Below, in pieces: positions 23,843 through 36,383 of a stretch of DNA of 64,000 nt. Both the position numbers and the translations under genes were made by a program. This DNA is from Klebsormidium nitens (lineage: Eukaryota; Plantae; Klebsormidiophyceae). The stretch covers positions 234,990-298,989 of the forward strand of contig DF236953.1 of the NCBI GenBank assembly GCA_000708835.1. Reading direction: 5' to 3'. The notes below the pieces were generated by a model. That model saw nothing but the letters and a program-made list of their open reading frames with translations, ran no database searches and was not told the DNA's origin. Within the stretch, counting starts at the first letter, position 1; each line of letters begins with the position of its first letter.

Positions 23843-26800
23843 CGCCTTGATGTCTTTCGGGTAGTTGTAAACCACGACCGGTTTCTGGAAGTGGACCTCC
23901 GCCAGGTACCGCTCGTGCTCGGACGCCAGGTCGATGCCCCACTCCACCTTGTTCTCGAACTCCTTGTCCTCCTTCTTGACCTGTCCGAAAATTAGAATTT
24001 GAGTGTCCGAAGGTGGAAAACCACGTCCAAACAGCGCCAGTCGATGCCCCACTCCACCTTGTTCCCGAACTCCTTCCCCTCCTTCTTGACATGTCCGAAG
24101 CAGTCGAAACTTAATTGCCTCAACAACCCAAATGGGCGTCCGAAAGTGAAATATGGATGTCCGAAGATAAGGGATGACGTCCAAAAGGTGCCAGGTCGAT
24201 GCCCCACTCAACTTTGTCTCGAACTCCTCGTCTTCCTTCCCGACATGTCCAAAGCCATTCAAGTCAGTGTCCGGAACAAAAGATTTCGTGTCTGAAGTTT
24301 AAGTGTCCGAGTCGACGTATCAGTTGTTCGAAAGTGTATAGTCGGCGCAAAGTCGGAGGGTCTAAAAAGCAAATGCTGAGGGTCCAATATCAGAGGACGA
24401 CGCCCGAAAGCAAGAGCAAGAGCGTTCATAGAGGTCCAGATTGATGGCCTATCCAAGCTTCTTTTCAAACTCCTTGTCCTCCTTCTTGACCTGTCCGGAA
24501 AGGTCTAGTGAAAGTGTCTGGGAAAACGATGGCGTGGCACGGCGTCGAAAAATTTCGTGGTAATAGCGTCCAGCGGATTGCCAGGTCGATGCTTCCAAAA
24601 CTTTGAAACTGGCGACCAATAGAAAAGCAGACTCAGCGCCTCGAAAGTGTGGCAGGTCGAGAACCCTTCCCAGCATTTAACACGCGCTCCTCAAGGGGAA
24701 AAAAAGAAGCGGGAAAATGTAAGCAGTGGGCTTTGCCACGTGTCTCAAGCAATCAAAGAAATCCAACTGCCTTTTATCATTTCTCCACACCGGCAGCAGG
24801 ATTGTAAAGGCTGACCCTCAGAACTCGCAAGCTAGACCCACCGATGAGTCAAGAAGTCCTCGTACAATGTGCGTCCGTCATACAAAAGAAACTCCGTTTC
24901 TTCGAAACGCACAACAACGACGACACAGATGCCTACTTCCCTTCCTCGCCCCTGCAGCAAGATGTCAATTCTTTCCATGTATCTGACCTTTCCTGGCGCG
25001 CTAGATCCACTGATAAGACAGAGAGTGCTCGTCGACTCTGCTTCCTTCAACCAGACCTCCTCTTCTCCTTTGAAACAACCAACAATGACAAAAGCGGCCT
25101 CTCACTTTGAGCAGGATTTCGATGGCTTCCGTGTAGCTGACCCTCCCGAAGGGCGTACTGGCCACCGCCGTCAGCCGGTCGATGCACGTCTTGTCGTACA
25201 GCTTGCGCATCAGCTCCAAATCCTCGCCGCAGTGATCCAACAGATACTGGCACAAGTACCGCACGTAGTCCTCCGCCAGCTGCATGTCGTCCTGGCAAAA
25301 AGTCCGACGAGATAGTTAGAACACACGAGATGGTTGAGGCAATGCACTGATTTGCTCAAGGCTACTCAGACCGCTTGGGTTTACCATCAGGAATATTAGT
25401 ATAAAATCAGCTCCAGAACCTCGCCGCAGTGGTTCAACAGATACTGGCACAGGTACAGCACGTAGTCCTCCGCCAGCTATATGTCGTCCTGGCAAAAAAG
25501 GCACGAGATCGTCAATACAAAAGAGTTAGTCAGAAGCAGACTCGTACAATTGTTTTAGACTGGTTAAGGTTGTACATTGAGAACACAATGACTCTGTATA
25601 GCAGTGAGTCCAGATCCTCGCCGCCAGAGTCCAAAAGGTACCAGCACAATCACCGTATGTAGTCGTGCATCTCGTCTTGGCAGAAAGATCAATAACAAAG
25701 AAATGAAGCTCCGGACTTGAACCGGAACAGCCCAAAAGCCCGACTTTCGAGAGATCCAATCTGTTCAGCACTCTGGACAGACATTCCACGCACTATTTCG
25801 CCAGATACATCGTCCTAAAAGCGAGAAGAGCCTGGGGTATTGTAGCTCTTTCCAACAGATGGAAAGTGCAAACACTAGACTGCCAAAGAGGTTTCAAATC
25901 CATCCGGGAAGATTGGTTCGGCGTATACTATCAACCAGATGTCCTACTACATGAGGGGCCCGGAAATGTGCCTGAGGTGTGTGGAGTCGCCGGAGAATCA
26001 CCTGAAGGACGGGCCGGAAAAAACAGCTCACGACAACGCCCCTCATTTTAAGCGTTGGACTATCAATACCGTTTTCTTTATGCAGTCTTTTTGGACGGTC
26101 TGAATCCTTGCTTCTTACTGCAAACAGCGACAACGATGAACTGAAACTGAAGACCGTACCTTGAGGTCCGCAAACGCAATCTCGGGCTCGATCATCCAGA
26201 ACTCCGCCAAGTGTCGCGTCGTGTTCGAGTTCTCCGCACGGAACGTCGGCCCAAACGTGTACACGTTGCTCAGCGCCATAGCATACGTCTCCACCTGAAA
26301 GAAACGACGGACTCAGTGAGTGTCTCGAGCTTTGCTCTCGCCGCAGGTCATCAGCTTTTAAGTTGCACGTGACTGCAAGTACTCCAATGAGAGCGAACGG
26401 GCGTCGCCTTTGGGAGCGGCGACCCTGAGTTCCAGAACGACTCAAGAGCCGCCAGGAAATTTCTGATGCTCACCCAATGCTCTAAGTTTGATGGAAGATG
26501 TTCGGCATGCGGAACAAAAGACCTGACTCCATCATCTGGGGCTGAAAGCACAGGGACCAGAAGCAAGCTTCTGCCTGGCCGAACGGACCTTTGGGAAGCG
26601 ATGACATGAGAACAGTCAATCTTCCTGACGAAGAAAAGCAGTCATCGTCCATGGAAGATGGGTTCCACTGGTCACCTTGCCCTCGAGCAGAGTCGTCGAC
26701 TGGTCCAATGCTGCCCCGAACCTAAGACTATTTTCGCAAAGCCTCTGCCTCCGTCCAATCTTTTCTAGCGGACGCCATTCGGCCTGTACTGGTCAAGCAA

Positions 26801-29103
26801 ACACTTATTATCGCATCTTATTCCGGGGCTCAATTCGCAATCCCCCTCACCTGCAGCTGCCCCGAGACCGTGAGGAACGCCTGCCGTCCAAAGAAGTCCT
26901 CCCCGTAATCCACCGCCCCGTCCTCTTTCCGCAGCAAGCCCCCGACAACGCGCGCCCGCTTCTTCAGCTCCTCCACCTTCTCCTTCAACTCGGTCAGTTC
27001 GGCAACCGCCCTCTTGACCTTGCTCTTCTCTTTCTTTTCCTTCAGCACCCGCACCTACAAAAACGATGAAGAGGCTCCGCTTGAATGTTGGCTTGGGCTT
27101 CCTCAACTCGCACTTCCCTTCCCTCTATTGGAACACAACCCCTCTATCACGAGACCCCTCTATCACGAGGAACGATCAGATTCTGAGGAGTTTCTGGCAA
27201 AATTCTGCTGGTTTTTGGACTTTTTGCATGGGCATCGATCTAATGGTCGGAAACGTAGATTCAACTTCAAAAGAGGTTGGTTCTGACTCCCCGACTGTAA
27301 ATAAGCTCTTTGATTACGTCGACCTGAGACGCAAGGCGCACCTGATCCCCTTTCTCAGTAACCGCCGCTTCGGCCGCCGCAATCTCCTCTTCCGTCGGTG
27401 GCGGTTCTTGTGGCTCGGAGACTTTGCTCAGGAGAGTGGTCACTTGGAACAGCTCGCCGGCGCCCTCGGCGTCGCTGGTCGTGATGAGCGGTGTGTGGAT
27501 GTACATGAAGCCGTGCTCGTTGAAAAACTTGTGAGTGGCGAATGCGAGCGAGCTGCGGATGCGGGCAACTGCGGATATCTGCAATCGGGATAGCGCGGCT
27601 TGATGATCGAAGATTGAAGGCTCCTTCATTTTGATAGGGATAGGGTGAGTCTGTTCAAAGTGTTGAGAGGGGCGACGATCATCCCTAGAAGTAGCACAGC
27701 TTTGATTGGACACAAGGGCGGTGATCAATGGACTTCTTTGTTAATGAGAGAAGTGCAGCATGCTCCAACTTCTGTCAGGAATTGCACGTATTTTGACAAT
27801 GGGAAGAAAGCCGACTGATGAGGAAAGCTGCCTGAGGGGCGCCAACTGCATGTTGTACCCTAAGAAGAATATTACTGCGGCGGCGCTATCTTAGTTTGTG
27901 ACGTTGGTTGCGATGTTGACCTGAGAGCGCAGTTTTAGTGTGCCGATCAGCAATTTAGTCGTACGGTGTGCAGAACAGGCAGGACTGCTGCACAAATCAT
28001 GCACCACACAGTCAATGATTTTTGTGAGCATTGACAAAACCGCTGCAATTGCACTACCTCAGAAAAACCATCAAGTGGAGAAAGCCACCCCGCTTGTTTC
28101 CAGAAACTCCCCTCTTCATCCTCTTCATTCACGAAGAGATTGAAGTCTTACGGTGTTGGTGCGCGCCCTCAGGTGTTGCACGCTTCTCAGATACTCCAGT
28201 GACAGCTTGGTCTTTGCTATTGGGTATGTGGCGGGCTCCGAAGCACCTAGATGCAGGATCTTTGTTGCTCGCAGCTCCACAACCTGTTTCGTTCCTTCGG
28301 GGGTCTTTGAGAGGGTCCCGACAACAGTGACGCTCGTGCCAGTGGCGGTCAGCTTCGCAAGGGGGTAGACGGCCTTATCTATGATGACCTGTGGATAATG
28401 GATTCAGGGTCAAGATGCAGTGGTATCTCATTGTATTTGGAAGTGCTGAAAGGCACAGGAACATGCTGAAAAGGTCGTTGCTAAAACCCCCCTAATCCAG
28501 ATGTTTTTGAAGCATTAGTACCCGAAGTTCCTCTCTGGATCGCCGGTAACTGGCATTAAGAGGAATAATCTGGCAAACTCTGTGATTGGGCCTTGACAAT
28601 GCGCCACCATGCGATCACAGAAGCCAATGCAACAGGACTGCTTCGCCCTGTGTGAGTGGATATTTGAGCGCAATGAATGGTTACTAACAGCATCTGTGAG
28701 TTGAGTGGCTTCGATACTTCAAACCAGTGCAGCCAACAGAATACTCCTAAAGCATTGGACTGCACAAGTTCTTCGAACCCGGATAGTCAGATCTAAGCGC
28801 AACAAGCAGCAGCATAAAAAAGTCCCTCACTTGCAGGCTTGAGGCACACGACCCGTCGTTCAGTTCAAGGAAGCCAAAAGCACCTGCCCCAGCTACACGA
28901 CCGGTCTTAACCCAGCCTCCTACCACCAGCTTCTTCTCAGCCAGAGTAGTTCCAGATGAGAGTATTGTCTTGATCAGAGTGCGCTGAGAGTACTTGTGTT
29001 GCTGCTCCGTGTAAACTCCCTCGAGCGCCTCTTCATCCGTGATCTGCAATGCGGCCACATCGTCTGTAACAGGAGATTGGCTAGCAGGGCCATCTTCCGC
29101 CAT
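22835..29103 (-). CDS. NARS1: Asparaginyl-tRNA synthetase, plant cytosolic type with WHEP-like insertion; 8 exons, 571 aa
   Basis: Exons 29103-28831, 28388-28152, 27578-27342, 27054-26851, 26294-26160, 25291-25106, 23980-23721, 23018-22835 (1716 nt). Motifs [79 protein letters not shown]. Confidence 0.96.
23401..23720 (-). repeat. Two intronic copies of the AsnRS exon 7 3' end plus donor
   Basis: Copy at 23597-23669 has donor GT changed to TT. Copy at 23401-23480 keeps GTGAGC but has a 1-nt insertion. Spacers contain GGGTTT-rich repeats on the sense strand. Confidence 0.9.
23981..24500 (-). repeat. Three intronic copies of the AsnRS exon 7 acceptor plus exon start
   Basis: Copies at 24036-24092 and 24190-24246 have acceptor AG changed to AT. 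The copy at 24449-24492 keeps AG and reads [13 protein letters not shown]. Confidence 0.9.
25406..25690 (-). repeat. Two intronic copies of the AsnRS exon 6 acceptor plus exon start
   Basis: 25406-25490 keeps AG but has CAG>TAG at codon 4. 25609-25678 is more decayed, with AG>AA, a deletion and a stop. Confidence 0.85.
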
Positions 29104-29816
29104 TGCGTGTGTCAAGACCAGCCGCGACTGTCGCAGACGACAGGGATTGGAGGGCTCGCCACGAACAATGCGCTATTACAACAAACAAGCAGAGACTCTC
29201 CTGCAGATGCCAACACAGATCCCTGCTCTCTGCGTTCAGATCAATGGGCTTTTCAACACAGAGTGGTGCTCAATTGCGACACCGTGACGTGCTCATGCAG
29301 GAGAAGCAGAAATGCAGCTTTAGCCTTGGGAAATCCTAGCTCAGCTGGCAGTGGCACTAGCTGCATCACCGTCTCGTTACAAGCTGCAGGAAACACACCG
29401 GATCGGCGGAACAGCGGAACTATATCCTCCTGTGAGATTCCGCTGCGTTCTGTTCAAAGTTCCGGTCATCGAGTTGCAGGTAACGGAATCATCACAATTC
29501 AGTCCTTCGTAACTCAATTTCGATCCGGCGTTTGTTATCCTTACCGTCACCGTTAGCGCTGAAAATTCAGTTCGATGACGGCCGGCATGTGGCCGGTTCG
29601 ACGGTTCCAGAGGTTTCGCGGCCGTTTGTTGCCAAACCCGAACCTTCCAGTTACCTGTAGGTACTCGAAATTCGAATGAGGTGCGTCGATCTGCTGAACA
29701 GTCCTGAACAGTGAACAGTGAACTGCCTTGGAACTTGAAAATTGCGCGTTGAGGACGGGGCCACTGGTGCAAGTACGACGAAAGTAGACTCCTTTTGTTA
29801 GTGTCTCAGGCTCCAA

Positions 29817-30529
29817 GGGGCTCTGCACACCTGGAGGGGGGTGTCGGGGTTTCTCTGGTAAAATGGAGACCCGGCGCCGGGTCTCGAAATCGACATCCGG
29901 CACCCCTTTCGGGCTATGCACACTAGTCGGGGTCTCGCTGACGTGTCGGAGACCCGGGTCTCGGAAATTTTCCAAAATCCGAGACCCGGCCCTTTGGCGG
30001 GGTTTCGATGGTCACTTCGTATTAATGAACGCGTGCACACCCGGGTGCATAGCGCATGAAACAATCGGAACAGCGTTCAAGTTCGAAGTATCCAACAATG
30101 CTACCTATGACGAGTGCTGACAAGTGATGCAAAGGCTCCAGGATTACACCCCACTGATCCAACAGACTCTCCAACGGGCCTAGCATTATTGTAGCATACT
30201 TATTATGCGAATGTTTTATTCAATTTATTCAATGCAAAGCCTACAGTTTGAAATTAGCCTTCGATCGAAAGTCGGGGTCTCGGTGATGTCACGGGGGAAC
30301 GATGGACGCGCCAAACGTACTTTTGCGGGCTTCGATCGGTCCATACACAAATTGTACACGGTTAGGTACACAACGCGTTGAGGAGCGCCGGAGCGGAAAC
30401 CCGACATCCGCAACCCGGTGTGCATAGGGTCTCGGGGTTGCTCCCGAGCTTGGATCTCGGGTCTCCGACAAACGTCAGCAAAACCCCGTTTTTGGGCAAA
30501 AACCCCCCTCCCAGGTGTGCATAGGCCCC
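29817..30529. mobile_element. Nested inner TIR element with palindromic subterminal repeats
   Basis: Left ggggctctgcacacctggagggggg versus right (rc) ggggcctatgcacacctgggagggggg. A second inner (c)tatgcacac pair near 29913/30429. Repeated GAGACCC/GGGTCTC motifs, including perfect palindromes at 29866-29885 and 29949-29962. Confidence 0.65.
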
Positions 30530-30859
30530 AAAAGAGTGTGAAAACATCTTACACGCGGGATCATAGGTTGACAGGGTATCCGCGTGGACCGTACTGTCAG
30601 CTCAGGTCCTTTGAACAAAAATGTGTCAGAATTTCAGGTTTTAAGGTACACTTTGCGGTATGGATTCTAGTACGGATGGAACCGGGTCAGGATAAATGGC
30701 CTACAACACTAAAACAAAAAGAACTCTGCCCGGTGGTCACTGTCAGTGAGTAACCCTAATGTCACTGGGAAATAGCGTAATCCTAACAAAGCGCTCGTCG
30801 ATTGGCGTGAACCGTCACAGGTTTGCAACGTAACCTTAATGTCAAAGTAAGTGCCCCGG

Positions 30860-30913
30860 GTCAATGTCAATGTCAACGTCGATGTCAATGTCGACGTCAG
30901 TCTCATTGTCAAC
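30860..30913. repeat. Degenerate hexamer microsatellite (GTCAAT)n, about 9 units
   Basis: gtcaat gtcaat gtcaac gtcgat gtcaat gtcgac gtcagt ctcatt gtcaac. Confidence 0.85.
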
Positions 30914-31209
30914 GTTGTAACCACTCCCGTAACCACTGACAGACTGCAATGATTGTCACACTTCAGGTGCTTCCAGGTGGGTTGAGAGTAATTCACACCA
31001 ATCAGAGTGGCGGAGACACTAACAAAAGGAGTCTACTTTGATAGTTTTGCGCCACGGATCCCTCAAGAGTCATTGGTCCGAAGGGCGGCGGCGCCAAAGA
31101 GGTTCCTTCGGCACGGGTGAAGCTTTGAGACGCAAGTATTGGACTAGGGGCACCGCTGAGATCCACTTTCTGGTTGCCCGGCAGGGCCGCTTTATTGAAG
31201 TACAGGGCG

Positions 31210-32894
31210 ATGGCGAAGCATCATCCTGATTTGATTATGTGCAGGAAGCAACCTGGGATTGCAATTGGTCGCCTCTGCGAAAAGTGTAAGTTCGTGTCTT
31301 TCTTCAAGGTTCGTTGTGAAGAGTCGGTTTGAGCTTGCGCCTTTTGTATCTGCTGGGGTGTTGTGCAATACTGCCAGCATCGTTTTATCAGGAAGTCCGG
31401 AACCGCTGATGATTTCCTCGTTCGTGGGTGAAAACTGCCAGCATCGTTTTGTCAGGGAGTCCGGAATCGCTGATAATTTCCTCGTTAGCGGGTGCCTACT
31501 AGTGCAGAGATTTGACACTGTTGTTTATCTTCGGAACCAGTTTTGATTCTGCAGGAAGTCGCTGTGAACTGGGGCGTTTGAAACTTGTGTTCTTTTTACG
31601 CAGTGCAGATTGTCAGAGAAGCATTTAACCACAGGAATAAAAAGTGCAGCTCTTGGGGGTATCACAGCTTATAAACTTTCATACTTCCGATGGGGGTGCT
31701 GTGATTGCTTGCAAATGTTCACCGGGGGGGTGGCAAAAGCAGGTGGTGTAGGTGGAGCTGCTGAGATTATGCCAATCTTGGGTGGCCTTTGCGCTTGTCT
31801 TTTGTCATTGTGTGCCATCTTTTTACCAAGCCCCAAGTTCCTGGCTAGCACACTGGGGAGACATTATTAGAGACCACCTGTGCTCTAGACCGTTGGGTTT
31901 GAGTACTGCTTGCTGTATTTCAGATTGTCCAATCACTTGGGGTGGCCTGATTAGTGATACCTGCCTTACCCAGCTGCGCTTTATTTGAGTCTTCGCACCT
32001 TGTCTCCACCTCATGGAATAAGTAAAACAACGTTATAAGTAGTGGTATTTCACTTCAACACCGTCACATAGTATCGTCACTCCGCCACAGCGGCCCTAAG
32101 TCCAGATTTCTTTGCTCCCAACCCTCCACTTTTGAGGAACCCTTGAGGCCCCTATGTTTACTATGCCAAAAGCCAATCAGCCATTGTGTCTTTTATCGGT
32201 GCGCTCCTAAAAGACGCTTAAAAACGGAAACTGAATCGAAGGTGAGGTGGCTAACATTGAAACTCTTGTTTGTGCTGCTACAGGTGACGGGAAGTGCGTA
32301 GTCTGCGACTCATACGTCCGGCCTTGCACGCTGGTCCGAGTGTGCGATGAGTGCAACTATGGATCATATCAGGGGCGCTGTGTCATCTGCGGTGGCCTGG
32401 GAATATCCGATGCCTACTACTGCAAAGAGTGCACGCAGCAAGAAAAAGACGTGAGCCTCCAGATTCAACAAGTCCTCTTTGACTTGCCTGTAGAAGAATT
32501 CCAGAGTATCCTTCCAGATGTTTGCTACCTGGAAAGATTCTGGCGAACTTGTGTATGACGGTGGTTGTAGAAAATCATAATATCCTTCATTTGCATTTTT
32601 GTCAAGCTTCCGTCTCTGGCGGCTGATTTGTTCTTTTTTTCTGTCATCTTCCCACCTTTGGACCTCCTTTTTGGCCGGTGTTCCTAAAGACCTTATACAG
32701 AAGACAGCCTTTGTAGTGCATGTTCATCAGCTATTGCTTAAATCAACTCAACCATGGGTCTATTAATCACCCAATGCTGACGTGATGTTCCTTCTCTTTT
32801 GCAGCGGGACGGCTGTCCAAAGATTGTAAATCTAGGTAGCGCAAAGACAGATCTTTTCTACGAAAGAAAGAAGTATGGATTTAAGAAACGGTAG
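31210..32894 (+). CDS. PHF5A: PHD finger-like domain protein 5A (SF3b subunit), 3 exons, 110 aa
   Basis: Exons 31210-31285, 32284-32450, 32805-32894. [53 protein letters not shown]...[29 protein letters not shown]. Confidence 0.98.
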
Positions 32895-34022
32895 TTTGCG
32901 CGTGAAAGTCACTTCCGGCCGGTGGTTTTCACATGCGCAATAGTTGGCCGTCCGATGTTCACAATAAGTCTGTTTCTTAAAAGGTCCTACCCTCCTTTTT
33001 TGCGGAGCACTGGGGCTTTCGGGCAGTATGCCTAACTTGTAAGGAGTGATCCGAAGAACAGCTCCTGTATAGAAGATGCATTCACGATTGCAAGCTAGCC
33101 ACAATTGTTCTGCCCGCCATGTTTAGATGTAGACGAGCAATCAAGGAACGACTTGGAAATGACGAGCTTGTGATTGTCCGACGATTTTGAGTGCAGTCTG
33201 TATCCGTCCATGCGCTTGATCACTACCAGGAAATTGAAAATACAATGGTGAATGAGCCAGAGTATAGCAGCTGCGCAATATCTTATATACCCCCCTTAGT
33301 GACGCTTGGACATATCATTTTCCGGAATTATATTTCTCTGACATGTGCACCATGATCGATTCGCCGGGCCATGGCATGCTGCACGTACAGCCTCCACAAC
33401 ACGTGCACCGCCTGCAACGCATGGCATCCGGACGACCTAGATGCCACACATGACGCGCGCAAGGTTTGATCCTCTTAAACATATAATGACAGCCGACGGT
33501 CTCTTTTCGTAACGCCGATGAGTCCGAAACGTATAACTTATTTACAAACATATGGTTCGCAATTCATGCATGACTCAAGTCCACGCATGCGGCCGTACTT
33601 GAATAGATTGCAGGCCGCGACAAACATGATGAGGCAAAAAATTGTATTACCGCGGCCGGCCCCTAGTATATCCACTAGCTCTGTAGCCGTTGAATTTCTT
33701 GCAGATCACAAGGGGCCCATACTACAAGAGTATGCACCTACAGCCGTCACCATCGAAGGAGCTCCGATCGAATCCTGGTAGCTAGCCTCAGTGCTGGCTG
33801 AAATCTCGCAACTTGCAGCAAACTTGTCGGACAGTGTCTCTTATGGCAGGATATGATTTGATTCACGCGCTCTGAAACTAGGATACAATGGCTTCTTTGA
33901 AAGGAGTGACTTTCTCGTGCTTGATACGAGTAAGCTTGACCACTCCGCAAGGTGCTCAACTTAGATATTGAAACGTTCCTAGTGCTAGCAAGAAAGTTCC
34001 AAACTTACGACGAGCAATCGCT

Positions 34023-35447
34023 TTATCGTCTCCTCTTGTCGCTATTTCCACCATTTTTGAGCAGCTCCCAAAACACCGGCCAGTTTGCCTGAGCCTCTTT
34101 CCAACCCAAAGCTGACCCTTCTTGTGACGGGTTCCAACTCACAGAGAGGATAGCATATGAGATGCCGGCCGCTGCAGACAGGGTTGACACGGATCTTCTT
34201 TTAAAGGCCCTTCAGAAAAACGATTCAATACTGACAAGGGCAGAGTGCATCATTTTATCAACAGTTTATGAACCAGTCCAACAACAGCAGCTAAGATGCT
34301 CACAATAATCTGTGGCATAGCAACAAAAACGTAGCCATAGCGGGAACGAGTACATGGTAACCAGCTGACAGGGCGCTCCTTTCGGGATATGATAGACACG
34401 TCCGGGCACATCTCAACATTGAAGAAGGGGATAACGCACAAAGATAGGCCCAGCCTCTTGAGTTATCTTCTTTGGTGCGATGCGTACTCGATTCGTATGA
34501 CCACGCAGAAGGGGAAATCATTGTGATGAGGCGAAGAGTATCGGACCGTTTCTAAGATGGGGGGCACTGAAGATCTGCAGGAGAAATAAGTCTTGGAGCG
34601 CCACCAGCTCAAGCACAAGGGATTGGATGGACTGAGCAAGTTACAAATGACAGAAGAAATGTATTAAGCTATTGAGCAGGTTGAAACTGTTCCAGCTCAA
34701 CACATCAAAAGAGCCAGTGATAATATTGAGGATGCTTCCGATGAGGCCTGTTCTATACAGTGCAATTGGACAGTGAGGTAAAGCCCTAGGGGAAGGGTAA
34801 AGTTTTCTGCACGTGTCAAGTAAAGTCGGAGGCCTGCGCCTAGCGCAGTTCACTGTTTCAAAGACAGAGTCACAATCCTACTGCAGGGAAAGAGAAACCG
34901 CACAGTTTGGCTCCTCACCTGCCGCCCCGAACGTGAAGATGGACACAAAGTAGGGCACCCAGTTGGGAATCTCCAGGTGCTTGATGACCTTGAGATACCA
35001 GAACATGGGGAAGAACGTCAGCCCCAGCACGAGCGGAATCCCCACCGTGACGCCCATCCTTGCGAGCATCCGATTGGTCACTACTTCCGGCACTGTATCA
35101 TCCCCATCTGACAAATAGCCCTCGTCTGTATTTTCCTCGCCCCTAGTTTCTGCGGGGGGGGGCACCCTGAACGGGTCATCCTCCAGCGGCTGCTTCCTAG
35201 GCTTTTTTACTTTGGGCGTCGGGCCGAAGCCCACCCCACTGCCGCGCCGCCGGCCCCTGGCTTGCACTGACAGACTCCGCCGCACAACTCTTCCTTGTAG
35301 GCTCTTCGGTCGGAACAATGCCGAGGGTGATAAAGAAGAGGAGCTGGAAAAAGATGTTTGAAGCCCCTCAGAGTGAGGGAAAGACGAGTGGGTGGGCAGA
35401 ACTGGGGACAAGCTTTGCACCGCAGAATGTGAGCAGGCGGTCGCCAT
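34023..35447 (-). CDS. PAM68: Photosystem II assembly factor PAM68, 2 exons
   Basis: Exons 35447-34919 (alternative ATG at 35486) and 34171-34023. Ser-rich transit peptide, then VPEVVTNRMLARMGVTVGIPL...GISYAILSVSWNPSQEGSALGWKEAQANWPVFW. Confidence 0.9.
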
Positions 35448-36383
35448 TTTGTCTTGCACGGGGCGAGCTTGGAGCAATTTTTGCACGTTGGATGATTGCG
35501 CGACCAGAGGGGCGGAGAGTGCAATGCTGCGTCAGCGAGCAACGAGCTACCAACCCGAGAGGCCCACCAAGTGCTGTTCTTAGACCTCAAACACAGGGCT
35601 TCAATTGTGAACGTGGAGCTCCCTCCAATGCTTGAAGTTGGAAGACCTTGCACCGTGCGGTTAAAATTGCACAAGTATCGACAAAGCTAGGACTAGCACC
35701 TCCTATTTACCTAGACTATTGACATTGTTGTGCTGCGCTAGGAACAGTGGAAGAAAAGCCTTTTCAAGCTAGAGCCTAGAGGTCATGGGCCAATCAAACT
35801 TATAAAAATTACCACGTGGTCAGCAGGGGGAAGGGACCGGCTGTTAGCATTCCTACCGACGGTACGTACCCTGTAAAGCCCGGTGCTGGTTTCTAAAGGT
35901 GCAGTGAGTTTCTTCGTAACCTACCTTCGCATACTTCGGGGTTCCGCACAGTTCCGCATCGAAAATCAGAGGCTAGGCATGCTCGCGTGGGTTCAGAAAC
36001 GCAGAGGAAGCAGCTAGCGCTCAATCGACGCGTCGAAAGGTCCGAATGGGGTTAGAAAAACAGGTGTTGCTAGGAGGGAAGCAGGCGTTGACTCGTGCAT
36101 GATTGGTCGCTGCGCATTTCGAGTCGCTGCATTGGCAGAGGGAGGAAGGAGGGCGGCAGCGGAGGGAAGGCAACAGATCTGTTCGTGCTGATTGCATCTA
36201 GGTAGGATAGAGGAGGGCAATGCTGGATCTCGGAGGAAAAGCGTAAAGGCACTCCCCTACCCCCTGAGACCAGTCTGAACACGGTGAGAGTTAGCGCACC
36301 GATGGTCACACTGACGGCATAAAATGTGGGGCGTCGGGATGGGCGCCGCAAGAATGTGGTGCCCCTCAACCCTAACTTTCCCA

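Larger units (their letters stand above)
29781..31039. mobile_element. 1.26-kb non-autonomous element bounded by a perfect 27-bp inverted repeat
   Basis: aaagtagactccttttgttagtgtctc (29781-29807) is the exact reverse complement of gagacactaacaaaaggagtctacttt (31013-31039). No transposase ORF inside; no clear TSD. Confidence 0.6.

Noticed and set aside
26851-27420. Charged helical insertion within the AsnRS catalytic region
   Set aside because: Real, but a known WHEP-like insertion of plant cytosolic AsnRS; not novel.
33495-33540. ccgatgagtccgaaac, resembling a hammerhead ribozyme core
   Set aside because: CUGA is CCGA, stem II is missing between the GA and GAAA boxes, and no flanking stems are evident.
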